Assembly: GCA_038890615.1 (NCBI GenBank)
Contig: JAWAFI010000001.1
Location: 227,836 to 291,835 of the forward strand
DNA from: Candidatus Anstonellales archaeon
GTDB taxonomy: Archaea > Micrarchaeota > Micrarchaeia > Anstonellales > J096
DNA: 64,000 nucleotides
Direction: 5' to 3'
A model generated the notes under the pieces. It did not search any database and was not told the DNA's origin. It was given only the letters and a program-made list of their open reading frames with translations. The translations under genes were made by a program, and so were the position numbers. Of the stretch, positions 36,657 to 46,375 are shown piece by piece. Within the stretch, counting starts at the first letter, position 1. Each line of letters starts with the position of its first letter.

Positions 36657-36917
36657 TTACCTGAATGAGATTATCTGGTAGCCGTATTTGTCTATGTCCT
36701 CCTGTGCCCAGAACTTCATATCCTTTGTCCTTGCCACATGAGTGACTTTCTTTGCTATACTCCTCCCTGTGTACTTCTTTGACTTGGGATCCCATTCTTT
36801 AAGCACTAGGATATCGCCTGGCTTGCACTCAAAGTCAGCTAGCCTTACTTCACATGTCTTTTCCCCGCTCACAACCTTCTCAAAGAATTGCGGCCATATC
36901 TTCTTTTCGATTTTCAT
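36657..36917 (-). CDS. DUF3850 (ASCH-like) domain protein
   Basis: MKIEKKIWPQFFEKVVSGEKTCEVRLADFECKPGDILVLKEWD matches the DUF3850 pattern. Confidence 0.55.
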   Translation of the reverse strand: MKIEKKIWPQFFEKVVSGEKTCEVRLADFECKPGDILVLKEWDPKSKKYTGRSIAKKVTHVARTKDMKFWAQEDIDKYGYQIISFR

Positions 36918-36965
36918 AAGCGAATAAGCGCATAGGGATTTAAAATGCTTGCAACATAAGGATTA

Positions 36966-37025
36966 GCGCCAATGATGAGATAAACAACTTCTGACATGTG
37001 ATGAAGCTGACAGCGCCTGAGGCAA
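36966..37025 (+). ncRNA. C/D-box sRNA (2'-O-methylation guide)
   Basis: C box ATGATGA 36972-78, 12-nt guide, D' CTGA 36991-94, C' GTGATGA 36998-37004, 12-nt guide, D CTGA 37017-20. Terminal stem GCC/GGC. Confidence 0.6.
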
Positions 37026-37090
37026 GCGTGCTTGAAGGCAAGGAAATTCTTTTAAGCATTACCTGCCTCTCAAATTTAGGGGGTGATAAC

Positions 37091-37492
37091 ATGATTGACC
37101 CATTTGAAGAATTAAAGAGAATGGAAATGGAGATGCAACGGATGCGCAGAAGATTCCGAGGCATAAACTTTGGCATGCACACAAACGCTGACCTCATAGA
37201 CAACAAGGACAGCTATACTGTCGTGTTTGAGCTCCCGGGATTTGAAAAAAGCGAGATAGAAGTTAACGTCAGCGAAGGGTCTATTTCAGTGAAGGCAGAA
37301 AAAAAAGAGCAGAGGGGCGAGCAGAAGAAGAACTATGTGTACAGGGAGCGCTCTGCCTCAAGCATGTTCAGGACTATTGCCTTCCCTGAGCCGGTTGACC
37401 CGAACAGCGCTGTTGCAACCTACAAGAATGGAATACTCAACGTAGATATCAAGAAGGCAATAGCAAAGAAAAGGAAAGTTGAGATTAAATAA
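37091..37492 (+). CDS. Small heat-shock protein Hsp20 (alpha-crystallin domain)
   Basis: DSYTVVFELPGFEKSEIEVNV...GILNVDIKK. The ORF-track start at 36998 would overlap the C/D sRNA, so the ATG at 37091 is preferred. Confidence 0.85.
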   Translation: MIDPFEELKRMEMEMQRMRRRFRGINFGMHTNADLIDNKDSYTVVFELPGFEKSEIEVNVSEGSISVKAEKKEQRGEQKKNYVYRERSASSMFRTIAFPEPVDPNSAVATYKNGILNVDIKKAIAKKRKVEIK

Positions 37493-37523
37493 CCTTTTTA
37501 ACCTGTTCCTTCCTTTTTAGCCC

Positions 37524-38144
37524 ATGGAAAGAAAGCTCCACTGGCAGATTTACATTGCAGCGCTCATTGTTACTATAGCGATATTCGGGTTTGGCACTTA
37601 TGTTGGCTCTTTCATGGCACAGCAGGCGGCAAGTGTGGCAGAAAGGCAGCTGATTGAAGCAAGGCAAGATCTTATGGAAATAGAGCTCATGCTTTTCCTT
37701 GACAGCTCATACGCTTACTGCCCTTACTACATTGAGCAGTTTGAATCAATCGGCTCAAAAAGGGAGATGCTGGGCAACCAGATAGAGAGCTTGGAAAAAA
37801 GGGGGGAAGACCCAGGAAGCCTTAAAGAGGAGTATTTCTTATTTGAGGCGTTCAACTTTGCAATAGGGCAAAGGATTGCGGGCATGTGCCAGCACGAAGT
37901 AAAGCAGGCGCTCTACTTTTACCCAAAAAGCTGCCAGGAATGCAAAAGCATAGCAGAAGCCCTGGGCAGGCTCAGGGAAAGCAAAGGCTACTATGTTTAT
38001 TCCTTTGATGGGGATTCAAAGTTATCGCTTGTAATGTCTATGAAGAAGCAGTATGGGATAGTAAGCCTTCCTGCTGTTGTATGCAATGGAAGGACAATGC
38101 AAGGGGCTGCGCTCAATGCAGAATCTATTGCAGAGGGCTGCTGA
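37524..38144 (+). CDS. Membrane-anchored protein with a CxxC motif (thioredoxin-like?)
   Basis: N-terminal TM and a later CQEC motif. Confidence 0.35.
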   Translation: MERKLHWQIYIAALIVTIAIFGFGTYVGSFMAQQAASVAERQLIEARQDLMEIELMLFLDSSYAYCPYYIEQFESIGSKREMLGNQIESLEKRGEDPGSLKEEYFLFEAFNFAIGQRIAGMCQHEVKQALYFYPKSCQECKSIAEALGRLRESKGYYVYSFDGDSKLSLVMSMKKQYGIVSLPAVVCNGRTMQGAALNAESIAEGC

Positions 38145-38649
38145 GCACAAGCAAGACATAGGGGTAATCGCTGCATCGCTGCTTATAGCATTGGGGGCTT
38201 ATTTTCTCCCTGCATACTTTTCAGAAACTACTTCGCTTGGCGCTCTCTCACTCTTTGTACTTGGATTCTTAAGTACTGCCACCGTTTTTCTCCCTTCAGT
38301 AGCATGGGTCTCATTCTACTTCATAGCATTGCCCTTTCCAATTTGGCAAGCAGCGCTCTTAGGAGGCGCAGGGGCAGCAATAGGGGAGCTAACCTCCTTC
38401 TTTGCTGGATATGGGCTTAGGGGAATGACAAAAGATATGCAGCCACACTATGAGAATGTGAAAAGACATGGATGGATCTTCATACTGCTAGCTTCAATAG
38501 TGCCTAATCCTTTTTTTGATTTTATAGGGCTTGCTGCAGGCTACTTAAGGATGAACCCTTTTGTATTCCTTTTTTCCTGCTTTGCTGGGAAAAGCATAAA
38601 GTTTGCCTTGCTTATGGCAGGAGGGGAGTCTCTTACTCACATGTTCTAG
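38116..38649 (+). CDS. Integral membrane protein, DedA/VTT-like (tentative)
   Basis: Multiple TM helices and a VPNPFFDFIGLAAG segment. Confidence 0.35.
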   Translation: MQNLLQRAAEHKQDIGVIAASLLIALGAYFLPAYFSETTSLGALSLFVLGFLSTATVFLPSVAWVSFYFIALPFPIWQAALLGGAGAAIGELTSFFAGYGLRGMTKDMQPHYENVKRHGWIFILLASIVPNPFFDFIGLAAGYLRMNPFVFLFSCFAGKSIKFALLMAGGESLTHMF

Positions 38650-39096
38650 CCCTGCTTCCTTAAGCACTGTTTTTTCAGCTTTGAGGACTGCCTCCTTGCT
38701 GTACATCTCTGGGTTCTTTAGCACCTCCTCAATGGGCCCTTTTTTCATAAACCCTTCCCCCCTTCCCAAAGAGAATGTCTTCCCCATCCTTGCATACTCA
38801 GCTGCCTCTATGACAGCCTTCCTGAATCCTTCCCCAACAACCTTAGCCTTCCCTTTCTTGAGAAGGTCCTTAACGCTATCTATTTTCCATAAGTAATTCA
38901 TAACCGCCTCAAACTCTTTTTTTGAAAGCTTCCCTTCTATGAAGCTGTTTGAGACCTTTCTCCTTGTTTGGTAAGGGGTCCCTAAATAGGCTTTGGCTAG
39001 TTCTTGGCCGAGGAGCCTTGAAGCCTTTCTAATGGCTTTCCTCTCTATATGGCTTCTAAGCCCCACCCATAGGCTTGCATTGTTGAGCCCTTCCAT
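38545..39096 (-). CDS. Hypothetical protein
   Basis: 183-aa basic protein ORF. Confidence 0.3.
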   Translation of the reverse strand: MEGLNNASLWVGLRSHIERKAIRKASRLLGQELAKAYLGTPYQTRRKVSNSFIEGKLSKKEFEAVMNYLWKIDSVKDLLKKGKAKVVGEGFRKAVIEAAEYARMGKTFSLGRGEGFMKKGPIEEVLKNPEMYSKEAVLKAEKTVLKEAGLEHVSKRLPSCHKQGKLYAFPSKAGKKEYKRVHP

Positions 39097-39174
39097 GCTA
39101 CCCCCATTCTTATTAGGAAGGGCTTGTATTTAAGCCTTTCTTTTTCTACCCTTAAGCAATATGCTTGAAGAGCT

Positions 39175-39663
39175 TTATCTTATGCTGATGTCTTCAAGCA
39201 GGTCCTCAAGGTCCTGCTCGTGCTTCACCTCATCCTCAAGTATTTTCCTAACTAAGTTAAAAGATATGTAATCCTTGGTAGCGCGAAGCTTCTCGAGCAT
39301 TGAGGCATAAACCTCTATTGCGCATTGCTCTCCTTTTATGTTCTGCTGGAGCACTTCCTTAACATGAGGGTTCTTTGGGGCATCATATCCGCAGTTGCTC
39401 ATCTTTGCAAACTCAGTGGGGTTCAGGATAGGATTCCCTCCTAGCTGGATTATGCGCTCAGCAAGCATTTCTGCGTGCTTAAGTTCCTCTGCTGCGTGCT
39501 CCTTTAGCTCTTCTTGGACATTCGGTCTCATGGGACCTTTGACCACCATTGCACCCACCCAGTACTGGTAATATGCTAGCCACTCATCAGCAAGTGCCCT
39601 ATTCAAAAGCTCAGTTATCACTTTTGCCTCTTTCCCAACTATCTGCTTCCCTTTTGTGCCCAT
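39175..39663 (-). CDS. Ferritin-like / Dps-like di-iron protein
   Basis: Four-helix ferritin-like ligand pattern (E...EELKHAEML...E..H). Confidence 0.55.
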   Translation of the reverse strand: MGTKGKQIVGKEAKVITELLNRALADEWLAYYQYWVGAMVVKGPMRPNVQEELKEHAAEELKHAEMLAERIIQLGGNPILNPTEFAKMSNCGYDAPKNPHVKEVLQQNIKGEQCAIEVYASMLEKLRATKDYISFNLVRKILEDEVKHEQDLEDLLEDISIR

Positions 39664-39743
39664 AAAATCACCTTTTCATTGGGTATTTTTGAAGTGTATT
39701 GTTTATAATCCTTTTGTAAGCTGATGTTGCAGCATATTAATAA

Positions 39744-41012
39744 TTATGAAAATACTTTCATAATTATTGCTGCCAAAAGAGCAAATGGTATCACGAATTT
39801 GACAAGGAAGATGTATGGCCTTAGCAACACTGCTGGCATAACCCTTGCTGACTCCCTTTCAAATCCATCCCAACACCATCCAAGCACAAGCACCATTAGC
39901 ACAGCCACGAGCGGATATGCCCAGACAACAAAAACCCCATCCAACAAATCAAGCACAGGCATGCCCATAAAGGAGAGATTGATTGGGGAATAGCTTAGCA
40001 TGGAGGGGATGGAAAGGAGAAAGGTAAGGCTTATAGTTGCAAGCGCTGCCTTATCCCTCCCAATGCTTGGAGAAAGGTCAGCAACAAGAAGCTCTGCCAT
40101 GCTTATTATAGAGGTAAGCGCAACAGAGAACAGAAGGATGAAGAATAAGGGCATCAAGATGTTGCCAAAAGGCATTTGGAGGAATGCAATGGGCAAGGTA
40201 TCAAAGGCAAGCGCAGGCCCGCTTTCAGGGTTTAGCCCATATGTGAAAACTATAGGGAATATTGCAATCCCAGCAATAAGCGCTATTGCAGTGTCTGAAA
40301 ATGATGCTATTGCAGCAGATGAAGCTATCCTCTCCCCTTTCTGCAAGTGAGAGGCATATGTGAGCATTACGCCGGTGCCAACCCCAAGCGAGAAAAGAGC
40401 CTGTGTTATTGCTGCAGCTATTGCCTCAGCCGTTATTCCTTTGAATGTTGTGTAGAACTTAATAGCCTCCCAGAGCCCAGGCAGTGTCAATGAGTGCGAA
40501 AGCATCAGGAAAAGTATTCCAAGGAATATTGGCATGAGAATCTTGTTTGCCTTCTCTATGCCATCTTTGAGAGTGTTCCTCATGATCATAAGGGTTATAA
40601 GCAGAGTTATAGGCGTGAAAACAAGGAATATGGGCTCCTGCAAATGTTCGCCAAGCGGGGCATAAGCACCTATTAGTGATAAATAAACATAGCCAAGCGT
40701 CCATCCGGCCACAACCACATAATATGAAAGGATAATCATATTCAGCGCTATGAAAATTGAGGAAAGCCTGCCGAGCCCTCTTCCAATACTGCTGAATGAT
40801 CCTGTGATGGGTGCTGAAAAATGCCTGCCAGCGATGAACTCAAGGAGCATTATAGGCAGTCCTAAAACTACAATAGAAATTATGTAAACAACTATGAAAG
40901 AGCTCCCATATTGACCTGCCATATAAGGGAAGCGCCATATATTTCCAAGCCCTACTGCAGAGCCTATTACAGCAATTATGAACATTAGGTTTGATGACCA
41001 CTGCTCTTTCAT
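39744..41012 (-). CDS. Sodium-dependent transporter, NSS (SNF) family
   Basis: N-terminus FIIAVIGSAVGLGNIWRFPYMAGQYG is diagnostic. Confidence 0.85.
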   Translation of the reverse strand: MKEQWSSNLMFIIAVIGSAVGLGNIWRFPYMAGQYGSSFIVVYIISIVVLGLPIMLLEFIAGRHFSAPITGSFSSIGRGLGRLSSIFIALNMIILSYYVVVAGWTLGYVYLSLIGAYAPLGEHLQEPIFLVFTPITLLITLMIMRNTLKDGIEKANKILMPIFLGILFLMLSHSLTLPGLWEAIKFYTTFKGITAEAIAAAITQALFSLGVGTGVMLTYASHLQKGERIASSAAIASFSDTAIALIAGIAIFPIVFTYGLNPESGPALAFDTLPIAFLQMPFGNILMPLFFILLFSVALTSIISMAELLVADLSPSIGRDKAALATISLTFLLSIPSMLSYSPINLSFMGMPVLDLLDGVFVVWAYPLVAVLMVLVLGWCWDGFERESARVMPAVLLRPYIFLVKFVIPFALLAAIIMKVFS

Positions 41013-41149
41013 GGTAGGGCTAGCCCATTAAGGAATTTAATAGTTAGCATGAGCCTTTAGATTACTGGGATAAAAACGTGTATATTACAACAAGCGAAAT
41101 GTACTTTTTAGCCAGGTATAGGGCATTAGGCAGATGATTAAGAACCAAA

Positions 41150-41890
41150 TCAAGGCTGCCTTTGGATAGGCTCAGCAGGTGTGGTTTCATCCTGCTGCTT
41201 TGCCTCTTCTTCCTTCTGGATGGATACTGATTTGAAGGAAACGGTTATCTGTGATAGCCTTTTCAGTGGCTTTACTTCTTTTGCCTTCACTGCAATAAGC
41301 CTCTCCAAAAACTCAACGCCAAAAACAGCAGGGAGCCAAGTCATTATTTCCATAACCGTGCGCAAAACCCTGCTTAGGAAGGCAGTGGCCTCTGGAATGA
41401 AGGATGCCACTGCGCTTTCAGCAACAATCATAATGGCGCTGATGCCGAACAAGTATTTGCTTGTGCGCAAGTAAAGCTTTGCTTCCTTTTTTGCATTCTC
41501 CAAAGCATCGCTAAACATTAAAGGAATCCTTTTCTTTAGTATCTTCTCGATTGAGTCAACCCTTTTCTCCTCAGGAAGCCTGAATATCAGATGTATGGGC
41601 ACAGCGATAGGTATGTTAGAAGCTTTGTCCCTTATCTCATGGGCAAGGTCCTTTGATATCATCCTTTCCTCTGGCAGCCCTGCGTCAAAATCTGAAAATA
41701 AGTCGTTGTAGCTGTCAAGGTCGAATATTATGTTCCTTGGCTTCTGCGGCTTCTCCTCTTCCTTGCTGAAAAACTTTTTGAATGCCTGCTTTATGCTTGC
41801 AGGGGTTTTTTTGGTAGGGAGCTGCTCCTTTGCCTCTTTCTTTGCCTCTTTCATAATTATATAAAAATGTGGGGAAAAGGTTAAATCCAT
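41150..41890 (-). CDS. Hypothetical protein with C-terminal TM helices
   Basis: 246-aa ORF. Confidence 0.3.
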   Translation of the reverse strand: MDLTFSPHFYIIMKEAKKEAKEQLPTKKTPASIKQAFKKFFSKEEEKPQKPRNIIFDLDSYNDLFSDFDAGLPEERMISKDLAHEIRDKASNIPIAVPIHLIFRLPEEKRVDSIEKILKKRIPLMFSDALENAKKEAKLYLRTSKYLFGISAIMIVAESAVASFIPEATAFLSRVLRTVMEIMTWLPAVFGVEFLERLIAVKAKEVKPLKRLSQITVSFKSVSIQKEEEAKQQDETTPAEPIQRQP

Positions 41891-41915
41891 TGCGGAAGGT
41901 TAGGGAGGTTAAGTT

Positions 41916-42704
41916 TCAGTGGCCCAATGCCTTAAGGCAGTCAATCTTGTCCTGGCCTGTCAGGTATTCGCAGTAGGCTGCCTGGCTTCCGCTCTGGGCT
42001 GCCTTCATTAGTGCGCTCATGTCGCAGACCTCTCCAGGGGTTGCGAACTTCTCATCTCCAAATGCAGCTTTCTCGCATTTGTATTCAACAGGAGGCATGT
42101 CCATGTCAACTCCCCCTACATCAGATTCATCAGAGCTGGCTTCAGTTTTCATTTCCTCTAGGTTGTAATATAGCCAGTAGCAATTCTTATTTCCGATAGG
42201 CATTGTTTCCCCCATGTGCAGGTATAGGTCTTTCTGGTTGTTCTTGAGCACCTCTGAAAAATCAACCTTTTCGCCCTGCGAAATAGTATAGCCATCCATC
42301 CTTATGTCCTTGCCTTTCATGTACATCTCAACATAAGTTTCCCCTCCTTCAAAGCGGTACCTGACTGTGCACTTTATAGGCGCTCCCATTGCTGCAAACG
42401 CTTCTAGGTCCCAGGTGCTGAATTGGTCCTGCCCTCCTGCTGAGCCTGAGCCGCTTCCTCCTGCCCCAGAGCCGCCTGTGCTCCCTCCTCTTCCTTGGCC
42501 TGTGTTACCTCCGAAAAGCCCTCCTATGTCTTTGTTCTCTGAGCCGCCTGTTTGATTGCCTCCTCCTGGCAAAGTGCAGCCATAGAGCATAAGCATCCCC
42601 ACAAGCAACAATGCTATTGTAGCCCTCATGCCTTCTCTTAGGCAGAATACAATTAAAAACTTAAGGGTTTGAGAAGCGCTTCGCAAGCAAGTAACCAAAA
42701 TCAA
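41916..42704 (-). CDS. Secreted Gly-rich protein, lipoprotein-like
   Basis: Signal/TM then ...LYGCTLPGGGNQTGGS... Gly-rich linker and a Cys-containing globular domain. Confidence 0.35.
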   Translation of the reverse strand: MILVTCLRSASQTLKFLIVFCLREGMRATIALLLVGMLMLYGCTLPGGGNQTGGSENKDIGGLFGGNTGQGRGGSTGGSGAGGSGSGSAGGQDQFSTWDLEAFAAMGAPIKCTVRYRFEGGETYVEMYMKGKDIRMDGYTISQGEKVDFSEVLKNNQKDLYLHMGETMPIGNKNCYWLYYNLEEMKTEASSDESDVGGVDMDMPPVEYKCEKAAFGDEKFATPGEVCDMSALMKAAQSGSQAAYCEYLTGQDKIDCLKALGH

Positions 42705-43125
42705 AGCACGCTATGCCTATAAAATAATGAAGCTCATTGTAAAGAGGGAGCGCAGCAACAATCAGCAGGGGCCTATGCCCAATCTTTGCGTCAATGATCT
42801 CATCAGCCCAAGCAGCTGCAATAAAGTAGGCGACAAGAGGCATATTTAGGTTAGCAATGGCTATTGCAGCTAATGATAGCGCGAACGGAACCATATGCTC
42901 CTTTGCATCTATCTTCCCTGCAAATGCCTGAGCCATAGTTGCCCCTGCCCAAAGGGATGAAACAGGGCTGAAAACTATCATCGCAGCTGAGATTATTCCA
43001 TAAATTAGCCCAGCCAAAACGCTCCTGGTCTCATCAGCAAATTTCACCAAGAAGCCTTGGGCAAGTGCAAGTATGAAGTAGTTAGAAGAAATAAGAGTAG
43101 AGAAGAGGGAAAATAATTGTTGCAT
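42661..43125 (-). CDS. Hypothetical integral membrane protein
   Basis: 154 aa, four hydrophobic segments. Confidence 0.3.
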   Translation of the reverse strand: MQQLFSLFSTLISSNYFILALAQGFLVKFADETRSVLAGLIYGIISAAMIVFSPVSSLWAGATMAQAFAGKIDAKEHMVPFALSLAAIAIANLNMPLVAYFIAAAWADEIIDAKIGHRPLLIVAALPLYNELHYFIGIACFDFGYLLAKRFSNP

Positions 43126-43996
43126 CCCCGTACACCGTTACCTTATCTGCCTTTGCGCCTATCTTGCCCCATGACACTGCCTCCTCTGCCTTTGCGCCGC
43201 TAAGGCTGCCATCCCATTCGCTTGCTGTTGTAACATAAACTGCATAGTCCAATCCCCCTCTTAATATGTTGGAGGCTATTGTATAGTGTTTTGAAATGCC
43301 CCCTCCAAGCACAACCGCCCCTGTCCTTTCAGCATTTAGCACAATGCCAGCAAGCATTTCCATATCCCTCGCCACATCGATGCCAAAAGCCCTGTCGCGT
43401 TGCTTGTTGAAATATACCTGAAGGCCAAGAGCAGAATCAACTATGCCTGGGCTGAAAACAGGTATTTTGTTTTTGTGCGCCCACATCAAGAAGGAATCGC
43501 TGTCTTTTATCATTGAGCCTGCCCCTGCTATAAGCTCTGATGGGGAAACCACTTTCCCCTTGAGCCTGGCAAAAAGCTTCTTTGCGAACTGCTCCAAGTA
43601 TTCATAGCACTCATTGCCTATCTCTATGTTGCCAAGCCTGTTTATCCCTTTCCTGTGAAGCTCTGCATCGCTTCTGCCAGTATAAAGCTTGTATCTTTTT
43701 GATGCCCTTATTATGTCATGGTCTATTGAGCCGCCTGCAGTTATTATTGCATCAACCCTTTTCTCCTTGACTATCTCGGCAATAAGGGGCCTCAGCCCTG
43801 TTGCAACAAGATTTGAGGTGAAGGCAAGGAAAACTGTTGCTTTGCTCTTTTCCATCCTCTCTATTATTTCCATCGCAGCCCTAAGCGAGCTTGACTGGAA
43901 CCCTGCGTTTGGCCACTTCTTCTTTTCCTTAAGCGCATCCTTGTCAAAATCTTCAACATCCATAACTAGGTTTGGCGATAGGTTTAAAAAAGCCAT
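43082..43996 (-). CDS. dys: Deoxyhypusine synthase
   Basis: FLAFTSNLVATGLR, ITAGGSIDHD, and VVLGGGISKHY (GGG..KH motif). Confidence 0.85.
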   Translation of the reverse strand: MAFLNLSPNLVMDVEDFDKDALKEKKKWPNAGFQSSSLRAAMEIIERMEKSKATVFLAFTSNLVATGLRPLIAEIVKEKRVDAIITAGGSIDHDIIRASKRYKLYTGRSDAELHRKGINRLGNIEIGNECYEYLEQFAKKLFARLKGKVVSPSELIAGAGSMIKDSDSFLMWAHKNKIPVFSPGIVDSALGLQVYFNKQRDRAFGIDVARDMEMLAGIVLNAERTGAVVLGGGISKHYTIASNILRGGLDYAVYVTTASEWDGSLSGAKAEEAVSWGKIGAKADKVTVYGDATIIFPLLYSYFF

Positions 43997-44011
43997 TAGC
44001 TTAGCTTTAGC

Positions 44012-44689
44012 ATGAGTTGGGTAGTTATATCCTTAGGAGGCAGCGTGATCAACGCAACAGGAACCCCAAACACCGAGTTTCTCAAGGAATTCGCCAAAAT
44101 GCTCAAGCCTATAAAGCGCAATGTTGCAGTTGTTTGCGGAGGGGGGAAGATAGCAAGGGATTACATAAAGGCAATAATATCACTGGGAAAAAACTACTTT
44201 GCAGCAGACCGCATAGCCATTGAAGAGACAAGGAAGAATGCAATGCTGGTGCAGGAAGCAATAGGGTCAGCGTGCTATCCTAATGTGGTGACAAGCTATG
44301 AAGAGGCGCTCCTTGCATCATCAAAGTATTCCCGCCTTGTAATGGGCGGCATGGTGCCTGGCATAACCACTGATGCCTGCGCAGCAGTGCTTGCAGAGGC
44401 TCTGCACGCAGAGAGGCTTGTGAATGTCAGCAACATAGATGGCGTATATACCTCAGACCCAAAGAAGGACAAGAATGCAAAAAGGATAAAGGAGATGACG
44501 CATGAAAAAATGGTAAAGATGGCCATTGAGCAGGATTTGAGGAGGGCAGGGGAGCATTTTGTGTTTGATTTGCTAGCATGCAAGATAGCTGAAAGGAGCA
44601 ATATAGAGCTTCGCTTTGTAGACAGTAAGATAGGGGCAATAAAGGATGCAATAGAAGGCAAGTCAGCAGGAACGACGGTGAAAGGCTGA
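44012..44689 (+). CDS. pyrH: Uridylate (UMP) kinase, archaeal type
   Basis: VISLGGS...VVCGGGKIARDY...RLVMGGMVPGITTD amino-acid-kinase fold motifs. Confidence 0.8.
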   Translation: MSWVVISLGGSVINATGTPNTEFLKEFAKMLKPIKRNVAVVCGGGKIARDYIKAIISLGKNYFAADRIAIEETRKNAMLVQEAIGSACYPNVVTSYEEALLASSKYSRLVMGGMVPGITTDACAAVLAEALHAERLVNVSNIDGVYTSDPKKDKNAKRIKEMTHEKMVKMAIEQDLRRAGEHFVFDLLACKIAERSNIELRFVDSKIGAIKDAIEGKSAGTTVKG

Positions 44690-45234
44690 TGCTAAAGGAA
44701 AGGAAGAGGCTTCTGGCATATTTGAAGAAAAAGGAGGCAGCAGTTTATAAGGCGGATTTGCTTGGGAGGGAAATAGTGAGGGAATGTGGGTCTGCTATAA
44801 AGGACCTACATGCAGGAAGGGTTGCAGGAGCTGAAAAGAAGAAGGATGGGATTGAAAAGAAGGTAAAGGAGCTGAAAAAGCTTGACCGAAGCGAGTACAA
44901 CATAGCTTTCCAAGAGTACGCAGAGCTTTGCATAATAATAAGCATATACAAGAAAATGAGCATTCCAAGCATCAAAGAAATTGGAGTAAAGGAGGAAAGC
45001 TACATCCTCGGGCTCCTTGATGCAACAGGGGAGATGAAGAGGTACATGTACAACCTTCTTATGAAAGGGGATATTGAAAAGGCAAAGAAGGTTTTTGCTA
45101 TAATGGACGGCCTTTTCAGCGACCTTTCTGAATTTTGCTTCTCTGACCGCATCCTGCCAAACTTCAGGCCAAAGCAGGATGCTTTCAGGATACAGCTGGA
45201 GCAGGCAAGGGCAGAGATGCTAAGGTGGCTCTAA
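44689..45234 (+). CDS. Translin-family protein (tentative)
   Basis: YILGLLDATGEMKRYMYNLLMKGD resembles the translin GVLDLTGELMRLAI...GD segment. Confidence 0.45.
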   Translation: MLKERKRLLAYLKKKEAAVYKADLLGREIVRECGSAIKDLHAGRVAGAEKKKDGIEKKVKELKKLDRSEYNIAFQEYAELCIIISIYKKMSIPSIKEIGVKEESYILGLLDATGEMKRYMYNLLMKGDIEKAKKVFAIMDGLFSDLSEFCFSDRILPNFRPKQDAFRIQLEQARAEMLRWL

Positions 45235-45629
45235 TGGTGCTATGCATAGTAGCTTTTGTAGTTGCAGCTTTCTTATCCCTATTCTCTATGCGTTACAGAG
45301 AGATCGCCAAAGAGGCCCTTGATTGCTCCCTTAGGATGATGACGCTTAGGAAATGCGAAGGTACTGCTGAGAACAAGCTAAGGGCTGCTGTTTTCTCTTC
45401 CATCTCAAAATACAACAAGGGGCTTGCTGCATTTGTCTTTGCAAACTTCCCAGTCCTCTCTTTGCTTTTTACCTTATTGCTAATTGCCTCATCTGCCTAT
45501 GCTCTCTACTCAATAATGAACTTAATAGTATATGGCACCTGCGATCCAAATAGTGGCAGTTGCCTCTTCAATATTATGAAGAATCAAACAGAATGCAACA
45601 ACGCTACACTGCTGATTAGCGGTATGTAA
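45225..45629 (+). CDS. Hypothetical membrane protein
   Basis: Two TM segments, small Cys-containing protein. Confidence 0.3.
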   Translation: MALMVLCIVAFVVAAFLSLFSMRYREIAKEALDCSLRMMTLRKCEGTAENKLRAAVFSSISKYNKGLAAFVFANFPVLSLLFTLLLIASSAYALYSIMNLIVYGTCDPNSGSCLFNIMKNQTECNNATLLISGM

Positions 45630-45630
45630 T

Positions 45631-46320
45631 TTATTGGCCAACAGACTCAAGAAGACTTGGATAGTTGGGAGGCATATTTTTAAGAAATACCACAACCTCT
45701 AAAGAAGGGTTTATGATGTTGTAGCGGGCTGGCAAACGAAGATAGTGAATTTTTATACCTTCCTCAAATTCTTGGCGGACAATCTTGCCACCTAAGAAGA
45801 CTTGGAGGGTCATCTCCATGTCAGGCTTGACTACTATCCCTTCCATATAAGTGCGCTCCTTATTGTTATCGCGAGCATATGCAGACAGACCTATCATTTG
45901 AAACAATTCTTCTGGACGAAACTTTCCTTTTTCTATAGTAGGTATGGGAAAGAATAATATAGGGTCTATGTTTTCCACCATTATCTTGCCCTTTCTTAAA
46001 TCAAATGAAAGCTTAATCTTTTCTTCTGAAGATACAAACACCTCTCTTTTTTTATCATATATATCAAAAACTGCATACCTACCAGGAAGGACATAAAAGA
46101 TGGTGTGCTGTCTTTTCATATCTTCTGCGAATATAACATAATCTTGGGTTTCAAAACGTATATGTTTTCCATCCATTTTCTCTTCAACTACAACACGATC
46201 CTTAAGGAGCATATCCAGCTGTTTTTTATCAAGCGTATTTTTCAAAATGCGTTTTCCAAAGGGAATTCTTCCTAATTTAGGATAAACAATTTCTTTTTCT
46301 TTAGTAATCATATAAAGCAC
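45631..46320 (-). CDS. Minimal covalent nucleotidyltransferase of the ligase/capping-enzyme superfamily (candidate RNA ligase)
   Basis: Motif I VVEEKMDGKHI (KxDG), motif III-like YAVFDIY, motif IV MEGIVVKPD (EGhVhK), motif V-like GGKIVRQE. No OB domain. AT-rich. Confidence 0.45.
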   Translation of the reverse strand: MLYMITKEKEIVYPKLGRIPFGKRILKNTLDKKQLDMLLKDRVVVEEKMDGKHIRFETQDYVIFAEDMKRQHTIFYVLPGRYAVFDIYDKKREVFVSSEEKIKLSFDLRKGKIMVENIDPILFFPIPTIEKGKFRPEELFQMIGLSAYARDNNKERTYMEGIVVKPDMEMTLQVFLGGKIVRQEFEEGIKIHYLRLPARYNIINPSLEVVVFLKNMPPNYPSLLESVGQ

Positions 46321-46375
46321 CTTTATGTTTATGGATGCAAAGCTTTATTAATATATTCAAACACTTAAATATATC

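Noticed and set aside
36940-37206. Minus-strand ORF, and the N-terminal extension of the Hsp20 ORF (36998..37090)
   Set aside because: The region is occupied by a textbook C/D-box sRNA. The Hsp20 alpha-crystallin homology begins only after the ATG at 37091.
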